A stretch of 7,126 nucleotides of DNA from Rotaria sordida (Eukaryota). Position 1 is the stretch's first letter. Each line of letters begins with the position of its first letter. Shown piece after piece: positions 1-7,126 of this stretch. The DNA is taken from positions 1 to 7,126 of the forward strand of contig CAJNOT010001887.1 in assembly GCA_905251635.1 (NCBI GenBank), written 5' to 3'. Below the pieces are notes generated by a model, which worked only from the letters and a program-made list of their open reading frames with translations, was not told the origin of the DNA and ran no database searches. Both the position numbers and the translations under genes were made by a program.

Positions 1-571
1 CAACACTATTAGTCTAAATGTTGACTAAATTAAACAAGTTGAATTATGAGTTATATTTGAAGGAAATATTTTTCTTTGATCATATTTCAATAAACTAAAA
101 ATATAATTAATTTGTATCATAATATAATCCTTCGTCTTAAAATATGTTGATGTCATATTATATAGAATATGAAAGGAAAAAATGTATTTGCAAAACATCG
201 TATTGAATTTCTTTCAATTTATATTTATAAGTATTTCTCAAATTCTCGAAATTGAACTAACTGAAAATAAGTTCAGATGCTTTATTCAGAAAAAAACTAG
301 ATTAATTTTCATAGAATGACATAGGATATAGATGATAACTAATACTATTCCCGATCTAATTACTTTTCTACACTATTTCTTTGTTGTCGATACCCCCGCG
401 AACTTCCATTAAGCATCAAAATGTATTCTGTTGAAGAGTCTTATGGAAAAGGCAGAGAAAAATGAGTAGGTATGACAGTGGTTAAATAACTTGGTTATAA
501 AATAAAAGAAAAAAAGTGTAAAAGGCAGCTTAGTATTCATTTTAATTTAGAAAAGATATAGAAGGTGAAAT

Positions 572-1565
572 ATGTCCGTCCTTAAAGCAGCTATTCAATT
601 AGCTTTTTGGGGACCAATTGTCCTCTTCATTATTGGCGTTCCATCAGCCATTTTAAATGCAATTATTTTTATTGGACTGAAAACATTTCGACAATCTTCT
701 AGTTCTTATTATATTGTTAGTCAATCATTATTCGATTTTGGTGCCTTATTAATTCTTCTTCTGCAAAGTATTCCATCAACATCAGCATCTGTCTATTCAA
801 TATCATGCAAGTTGATTATTTTCTTTAGTCAAGTAATAGCACCATGTGCATTGAGTTTTCTTGGTTTGGCTGGATTTGATCGTTGGGCATGCACATCAAG
901 ATCGGCTAGAATATGTCAATTAAGTTCAACTCATATAGCTTGTCGTATTATTTCAATTACCGTTCTATTCTGGACACTGGTCAGCATACCTTTTCTTATT
1001 TTTTTCGATTTGGTTCCACCTTCTTTTACTTGTGGAGTCACAAATGTTCTTTTTTCAAAAATTTCCAATTTTTTTCTGGCTCCTATATTGTGTGTTGTTT
1101 TTCCTCTTATTGTTTTAATGATATTTAGGATTCTTACATATCGAAATATTCATCTTATAACAGTTATTAATGCTCAACAACAATCTGTTCGAACTCGTCT
1201 ATCAATGTAGGAACAACAAATAACGCGAATGATGATTATTCAAATAGTATTAAGTATTTTATGTACACTTCCTCGATGTATCTTGGTGATCTATACAATA
1301 GCAACAATTCAGCAAAGTGCAACGAGAAGTTTAAATCAAATTTACATTGAATATCTATTGGCTCAGGGTGACTGAATTTATTTTATGCCTAGAGTTTGCT
1401 TCGTCATTTTATATATATTTTCTTTCTTCATCACGTTTTCGACAGACAATCAAAATGTATCTGAAACGTTTTCTACATTTGGAAAATAATCAACTTATCC
1501 CTATCAATAGTTTTGCTCCAAGGGTGCCAGTTACTGGTACAAAAAGTCTTAACAGACAAAATTGA
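572..1565 (+). pseudogene. Rhodopsin-like (class A) 7TM GPCR, disrupted by an in-frame TAG and a frameshift
   Basis: Frame from 572: TM1 FWGPIVLFIIGVPSAILNAIIFIGL, TM2, TM3 ending LAGFDRWACTSR (DRY-like position), TM4, TM5, then RLSM-TAG(1208..1210). The same frame continues immediately as EQQITRMMIIQIVLSILCTLPRCILVIYTIATIQQSATRSLNQIYIEYLLAQ (TM6). TM7, FILCLEFASSFYIYFLSSSRFRQTIKMYLKR, lies in another frame (ORF 1347..1565). Confidence 0.78.
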
Positions 1566-2122
1566 ATTGTCTATTGAATTCTATCATCCTTACCTTTATC
1601 CTCAATTTTTGATTGAAATATTTCTTCAGATGCGAATATCGTTTTAATAAAGAATTTTCTTCATTGTCATTCGTTCATGGAAGGTTTATATTTTCTTTTA
1701 ATAAAAACACATCAAACAAATGTTTGCAAATTACATTAAAAGATGAAATAACATGTAATGCAAAATTAATTGCACAAATGTTGACCTCTATTTCTCTTCA
1801 ATACAAGGGTGCTAAAAAATAATTTTTTTTACCAGAAGATAGAGAATTTTTTTCTCTTTCGAATCGTATATAATTTATTTTTATCACATGTCTATAAACG
1901 AAACGACACAGCAGACAAGATAAGCATCGTCAAAACGAGTCCGTACTTTTTATATAATTCAAAACAACAGCAGAAAATGTCGATCTCTATATCTCTTTGA
2001 TAAATACATTATAAAAGGAATATTTTATTATCAGTTGATAGGAAATTTTCTCCTCTTTCGAACTGTATAAGATTTATATTTGTCATGCATTCGTAAATAA
2101 AATGAAGTGAGTAAAAGGAGAA

Positions 2123-2169
2123 GGGTGTGGGTGTGGATGTAGAAGAGATCGACACCCACATCGACACCC
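2123..2169. repeat. Imperfect G-rich/C-rich inverted repeat (15 of 18 bp paired, 11-nt loop)
   Basis: GGGTGTGGGTGTGGATGT (2123..2140) against ACACCCACATCGACACCC (2152..2169), whose reverse complement is GGGTGTCGATGTGGGTGT. Confidence 0.7.
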
Positions 2170-2174
2170 TCACT

Positions 2175-2202
2175 AAGGTGTGGAATCGGGCTCTGAGCGA
2201 AT
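2175..2202 (+). repeat. 28-bp imperfect direct repeat, copy 1
   Basis: AAGGTGTGGAATCGGGCTCTGAGCGAAT; matches copy 2 (2299..2326) at 26/28 positions. Confidence 0.85.
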
Positions 2203-2298
2203 CCGTCCGGATTTTATGAAAAATCATCATTGGTTTCCATAGGAAAAAACTAGAAATTACCGATTTTCTGGTGGAAGCCCTGTTGGAATCGCACGAAT

Positions 2299-2326
2299 AA
2301 GGTGTGGAATCGGTCTCAGAGCGAAT
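2299..2326 (+). repeat. 28-bp imperfect direct repeat, copy 2
   Basis: AAGGTGTGGAATCGGTCTCAGAGCGAAT; start-to-start offset from copy 1 is 124 bp. Confidence 0.85.
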
Positions 2327-2660
2327 TCATTCCTGAAATACTCGAATCCTGACCTAAGATATCCTACGTTGATATAAGAACAAGTTCATACATATGTATA
2401 TGACAATGGAAAAACTATTTGAAGAGAGAAAGAGCAATTCCTCTTTGCAAGTTTAAGCTAAAAATCGTTTGTACTATGTGAGATACAAAATTTGGAATGA
2501 ATCAGTTATTACGACTAGTTGAACTGTGAAAAGATGAGTATATATACAATTAGAATAAATAGATGTTAATGATTTTCGCTGTCATATACAGATGCGAACA
2601 AATTCATGGATATATAAAAGTAAAATATGGACCACAATTCTATTGGCTCACACACGTCAG

Positions 2661-2707
2661 GATAAGTTACACACAATATTGAATTTGACGAGTGTGTGTA
2701 ACTTATC
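2661..2707. repeat. Perfect 15-bp inverted repeat (stem-loop), 17-nt spacer
   Basis: GATAAGTTACACACA (2661..2675) and TGTGTGTAACTTATC (2693..2707) are exact reverse complements. Confidence 0.9.
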
Positions 2708-2759
2708 TTAACCGCTCTTTTTATCATAAAAAAAATATCTATTTGAAGATTATGAAATG

Positions 2760-2778
2760 TGTTGTGTCTGACACAACA
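2760..2778. repeat. Perfect 19-nt palindrome, 9-bp arms around one central base
   Basis: TGTTGTGTC-T-GACACAACA. Confidence 0.88.
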
Positions 2779-2898
2779 GAGTAAATTTGATTATCTTTGT
2801 CTAGACTAAACACGTATTTTCTTAAAATTCATGTTTATCAACTGCTTTTTAATTACCAGAAAAAAAAATAACGACATTAATTCCTCAATCATTATTAT

Positions 2899-3329
2899 TT
2901 AGCAGATTTTTTTGTGACATTTCCATTTTTGAACTATCTGAGCTGCTTGATCTTCACTTTTATCTTCATCTTCCAACAAATCATAACTTTCTTCAGACGA
3001 TAGATTCGATATATTATTCAATTATTTTTGAAATTGAACTCTCATTTCATCCATAACTGAACATTTCGCATAACCATCAGTGGCCGCCATTGATAGAGCG
3101 CTATAATTAATTCTTCATTCGTTTTGAACGTAGATTTTTTGAAGCAAAAAATTAATTCAATCGTTGAGCTTTTCTTCTTTCATCTACTCCTTCTAGTTCA
3201 GCTTGACGCATTTCACATCAAACAATTCAATGAGATTTCTTCTCGAACATCACCAATGATTACTTTTGCTAAAAGTTGAGCATTCATCATTGAAATATAT
3301 CGACCACCTGTAGTGTAAACTGAGGCCAT
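2899..3329 (-). pseudogene. Possible decayed protein-coding remnant of unknown family
   Basis: Consecutive coding-looking fragments in shifting frames: MASVYTTGGRYISMMNAQLLAKVIIGDVREEIS (from 3329), then IELFDVK, then MRQAELEGVDERRKAQRLN (from 3211). Further down are MAATDGYAKCSVMDEMRVQFQK (from 3090), a TAA, and in the same frame LNNISNLSSEESYDLLEDEDKSEDQAAQIVQKWKCHKKIC. No homology could be checked. Confidence 0.3.
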
Positions 3330-3534
3330 GAAAAAATCAAGATGAAAAACCAAAATCCAAGTGTATAAAGTGCGATACGTGAATGTTTTAAAATTTTATT
3401 CTTGAAACATTATTAATTATGGAAAACTAATGATTAATAACGTTTGTCAGTATAATGACAATTAGATAGAATTTTATTTAAAAAAAATAATATGATCAAT
3501 TTTGTTCTTTTTTTGTCTTTAAAGAAAAATAATT

Positions 3535-3540
3535 TTTAAT
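3535..3540 (-). promoter_or_regulatory. Candidate polyadenylation hexamer ATTAAA for the STRA6-like gene
   Basis: The minus-strand reading is TTCATATTAAAAATT, about 50 nt downstream of the TAA at 3590. The region is AT-rich, so the motif could occur by chance. Confidence 0.3.
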
Positions 3541-3589
3541 ATGAAACTGATGCTATTGAGAGTGAGAATGTTTCACAGCTGTTTCTTAA

Positions 3590-6500
3590 TTAGGTACTAG
3601 ACTCGGGCAAATCATTGGCTTGTTGTGGTTCATCAAGTGACGACTCAGTCGCAGATGCTCTCCTCTCATAACTTTGTGGTGCATTGATGTGATTTTCATC
3701 GCTCGGTGATTCCGTAGTGGTGGTTTCACGAGTTACTGGTCCATCTATTAATCAAACATATATTTACATAGACTTAGTGTTGTATCTTTTCTTGATACAT
3801 ACCTTGAGTGGTGTTTACCGGTTGAGCAGAATGGGAAAATTCTGAGAAAGAAAATTATTTTACAAATTACGTTTATAAGATGAAATTTAATTTACCGAGT
3901 ATCAAAGGATATGTGTAAAGAAGTTCCCAGCGGATAAAACATTCAAATGCTTTATGTGCTGAATCTAAATTCGAGTTTTGTTTATGAAAATCATTTCGAG
4001 AGATTTTCTTACCGAATGTTTGTAATGGTGGAGGAAAACAACTGTAATCAATTCGAGGTAAAAATAAAATATTTGCATAAAAACTTGTCAATAAACGAAA
4101 TACAGATGAGATAATACCAATAAAAGAAGCTATTCAAGTAAATAATATTGTAAATCTTTATGAAATAAAAACAGAAAAATAAACTCACTGAAAATCAAAT
4201 TTAAATATAACAAAATGGAATAAGGTCTGTTGAGTATGATGCTACTTTGACGTTGTAAAGGAGAAACAACACTGGTCTCATCTTGTAAAGCAGGACCAGT
4301 AGTAGTCTGACGTGGGAAATCAGAATCGGCAGTAATCTGATTTGGTGGAGAAAAACTAGGGCCGATTTCAATTTGTGAAGTAGAATCAACGTTGCCCTGA
4401 TCTTGTGAAGAAGAAACAACATTAGTTTGAACTTGTAATCGATAACTGTTAAAAAGTCTATTAATTAGAAAATTGATTATCTTGTGTAAACCATATACAC
4501 AAATAATTGAAGCAATAGAAATAAGTATCCATTTGAATGAAGATATATGTGTGACTATCGCTTTTCCTCCAACTATAGTGAATAAAAACGAATGAAAACA
4601 AATAATATAACCGCCAAGTAAATATCTTAAAATAAAAGCTGGATATTGAACACTTCTGGGAATAATTTCACGCTTTTCACAAAGAAAAACTATCTCGGAA
4701 TTATCAAAATCTGTACCATACAAAGTTCTGACACGATCTTTATAATTTTGGATGCTGTGCAATAATTGAAGTCCATAAATAACCGTCGTTATCATCGCAC
4801 TGATTATTACTTCTGGTTGAAATGATTGTTCTTCAATTTCTATGAAAACAAAAATCGATTAACAATTCAATTAATTATCTAATTTCAATGAACATACTGA
4901 TATTTAATATACGTTCTACTAATTGTATGAGATAGATCATATAGATTGTTCTATCTGTTGTATAAAAAAATATCAGATTAAATGTAAGATGAATGAGAAA
5001 GACATATGCAATTGTATATGTACAAACAACAATGCTAGTAAATTGAAAATCTTCTTCCCATGTGTATATTCCAGTAATAGATTTTCGAATTCTCGAGCAA
5101 CATCCTTCTTCATTGAGATTCTCACTTTGAGCAATATTATTTCCCCCAGAAGTAATTCGTTTCTTCGATTTTCGTACGAAAGTCTTCTGTTCTTTGTCCT
5201 CTCGAAAAGAATATTGATCGATTTTTCTTAATGGTACATCCCAAATACTTCTATTTCTTTCTCGAGCAATATAAATGGAATCGTAGAACACTCGTACAGT
5301 CAATTCTCCACAAATATATCCAATTAAACAATAATATAATGTATTTTTCGCTATACAATATACGAAGGACCATAAGTGCATATTTTTATAAATTTCTGTT
5401 TGATTGAATAATGAAATTTTGTTTGTAAATGTTAACCAATATAAATGTAAATTTTCCCGAAACATCATATGAACAAGATTTAGAATAAAATAAACCGATG
5501 CGAGAATACGCATACGTAAGTCTTGAAATCGTAACGAAGCAAGAATGGGACAGTATCGAAATCTGAAATGATTTCAAAAACAAAATCAATCATTCAATTG
5601 ATTATCAAAAGGAAATCTTACGTGTTAATAAGAATAAATACCATGCGTATAAAGATTTTGACAAATACACCGGATTCTAATGCATTTTGAACAGCGATTC
5701 GTGTCTCATCAAGAACTTCTAAGATTTCAAACATTTGAATTGAAACAATGACCACTGTTTTGTACCGATCAGTTATATAAAATGGTTTGATCGGTTCGAT
5801 GATTCCTCAAAGGAAAATTCTTTTAGTGCGAAATACAAATGCATGAAAAACAAATGAAATACTCGAATGATGTTTGTCATCACTTTGAGGTTTTTTGTTG
5901 AAAATGATCAGAATAACACTTATTCCAATGGAAAAAATAAAGAAAATTATATTATCTAATCGAAAAATAGTATTTCGTTCATATTGATTGTTCATATAAA
6001 TATTATCATTGGTGACAGAATCGAGTGTTGATACATTTGTATGATTTGTCGAAGATATTAGGAGATAACGAACGACTGGATTACCGATAAGTATCAAAAA
6101 GAAAACCAGTGACACTATAGAAACGAAAATTGAACGAGTACGCTTTTCATCTGGTTCTAATTCGAAGAATGTTGCTTGTCGAATACCATTGGTCACACCT
6201 TCAAATTGCTGATTAATTTTCTTATTTTTTCCATTAGTGTTCGATGGTGTCAATCGCTTAATAACTTTCCAGAGTAAATTTCGAATGGGTTCACTAAGTA
6301 GTATAGGCGCAAGAATAACAATTGGAATAGCAATCAAGAGTTGAATGTTTTTGAGTGAAACTGAATCACAATAAGTTCCATTGTATGGAAATGAACATAA
6401 ACATTTAAAATCTGTTTGACTATTAACACAACGTCCATGTTTACCACATTTGATATTATTCACACAACGATCAAGTACTAATTTAGAGAGACAATTAGAA

Positions 6501-6835
6501 ATGAAAAGATTATCTCAATTGAACTTACAATATTGACACAAATGTGCATATGCTACTTTCACGTTGATATTACTCAATGAACAAATAGATCTGTTGAAAT
6601 TCAACTTCACAGTCAATATTAAAACAGTCGAATTCTCATCAACGACATTCCATTGAAATTTATCACAGGGTTTACGAAGAGAACTAATGTTTTGAAATTG
6701 TTCATCATTGGATCTTTGTACACGTAATAATCGTTCAGATGATCGGGTCTTTTCTTTGTAATTCTTGATATTATTTTCAAGAATCTTTTTCCCAAATTTG
6801 TTCCATTGATTACCATTATTATTTGACGATAACAT
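3590..6835 (-). CDS. Eight-exon gene: EGF-like domain plus polytopic membrane protein, STRA6-like (retinol uptake receptor-like). Exons: 6835..6529, 6477..5863, 5805..5622, 5562..4898, 4839..4189, 4129..3896, 3841..3803, 3744..3590
   Basis: Manual joining of supplied ORFs through GT-AG introns with matching phases: 6528..6478 (GTAAGT, 51 nt), 5862..5806 (57 nt), 5621..5563 (GTAAGA, 59 nt), 4897..4840 (GTATGT, 58 nt), 4188..4130 (GTGAGT, 59 nt), 3895..3842 (GTAAAT, 54 nt), 3802..3745 (GTATGT, 58 nt). Exon lengths 307+615+184+665+651+234+39+155 = 2850 nt, divisible by 3, ending in TAA at 3592..3590. Many hydrophobic segments. The C-terminal block RLLTSFYANILFLPRIDYSCFPPPLQTF...LDSAHKAFECFIRWELLYTYPLIL resembles, from memory, the STRA6 block [22 protein letters not shown]...[31 protein letters not shown] and YTWEEDFQFTSIVVCTYTIA also look STRA6-like. 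Confidence 0.75.
6368..6466 (-). other. EGF-like domain encoded in exon 2 of the STRA6-like gene
   Basis: CVNNIKCGKHGRCVNSQTDFKCLCSFPYNGTYC matches the six-Cys EGF spacing C-x5-C-x5-C-x8-C-x-C-x8-C with the typical G-x-x-C C-terminus. It is followed by a hydrophobic segment NIQLLIAIPIVILAPILL. Confidence 0.88.
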
Positions 6836-7126
6836 ATTGATGATTTTTGCACCTAATTAAATCTATTTATCCTTGACATGATATTTTATCTTTACCAGTT
6901 AGGATACCCGCTTGCCTCTCTCCCCCTCTCGTGAGAAGAGTGTATGTAGTTAAGTATATGACGCTTTGGATGAGTGAATAATATTCTCCCTTTATTGGAA
7001 AAAAACACGAAGTATATATAGGAAGAGAAAAGTGGACTAGTCAGGGAAGAAGTTGAGAGTTTCTTTGTCTGATTGAAAATGAACAACAAGTAGAGTTACA
7101 ACAAAAGACGTCAGTGAAGAAGAATA

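Noticed and set aside
913-1128. 71-aa plus-strand ORF
   Set aside because: It is a shifted-frame shadow inside the GPCR coding region.
1207-1247. 41-nt intron bypassing the GPCR TAG
   Set aside because: The joined frame becomes IKYFMYTSS..., which loses TM6 and ends soon after. The direct continuation EQQITRMM... is clearly the homologous frame.
1613-2000. Two short plus-strand ORFs (69 and 63 aa)
   Set aside because: They are Lys/Asn/Phe-rich translations of AT-rich DNA with alternative starts and no domain-like pattern. They could be UTR or intergenic.
2009-2230. 73-aa minus-strand ORF with a Ser/Thr/Pro-rich stretch (VSISSTSTPTPFSFY)
   Set aside because: The stretch is produced by the G-rich hairpin and direct-repeat DNA, has no domain signature, and has no neighbouring splice-compatible exons.
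4201-4422. 73-aa minus-strand ORF with Leu/Lys repeats (LLHKIR...)
   Set aside because: It is an out-of-frame shadow of exon 5 of the STRA6-like gene. The periodicity is noted as a DNA-level repeat instead.
4923-5231. 102-aa plus-strand ORF
   Set aside because: It is antisense to exon 4, starts with TTG, and has no recognisable domain. The minus-strand exon explains the open frame.
5386-5589. 67-aa minus-strand ORF
   Set aside because: It is an alternative frame spanning the intron 5621..5563 and exon 4, incompatible with the splice model.
6892-7089. 65-aa ORF as a coding first exon of the STRA6-like gene
   Set aside because: The splice GTAAAG 6895 to AG 6853 does not join it in frame with exon 1. 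At most it could be 5' UTR.
1-7126. CRISPR array, bacterial defence operon or phage cassette
   Set aside because: There are no regularly spaced repeats. The gene structure is intron-containing and eukaryotic, with animal-type GPCR and EGF sequences.

Overview
The window looks like eukaryotic genomic DNA. It is AT-rich with short 51-59 nt GT-AG introns and bdelloid-rotifer-like gene content; the taxon is inference. The main feature is a multi-exon minus-strand gene that I reconstructed by joining ORFs through eight exons and seven introns (6835 down to 3590, 2850 nt, 949 aa). It encodes a canonical six-cysteine EGF-like module followed by a polytopic membrane protein whose C-terminal half resembles the STRA6 / retinol-uptake-receptor family. 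On the plus strand, 572-1565 is a rhodopsin-like 7TM GPCR broken by an in-frame TAG and a frameshift, probably a pseudogene. A further eroded coding remnant may lie at about 2899-3329 on the minus strand. The intergenic part contains a perfect 15-bp inverted repeat, a perfect 19-nt palindrome, an imperfect G-rich hairpin with a telomere-like core, and a 28-bp imperfect direct repeat. Two entries in the supplied ORF track (5807..6463 and 6892..7089) are labelled + but their peptides are encoded on the minus strand. I see no CRISPR array, tRNA/rRNA or intact mobile element.
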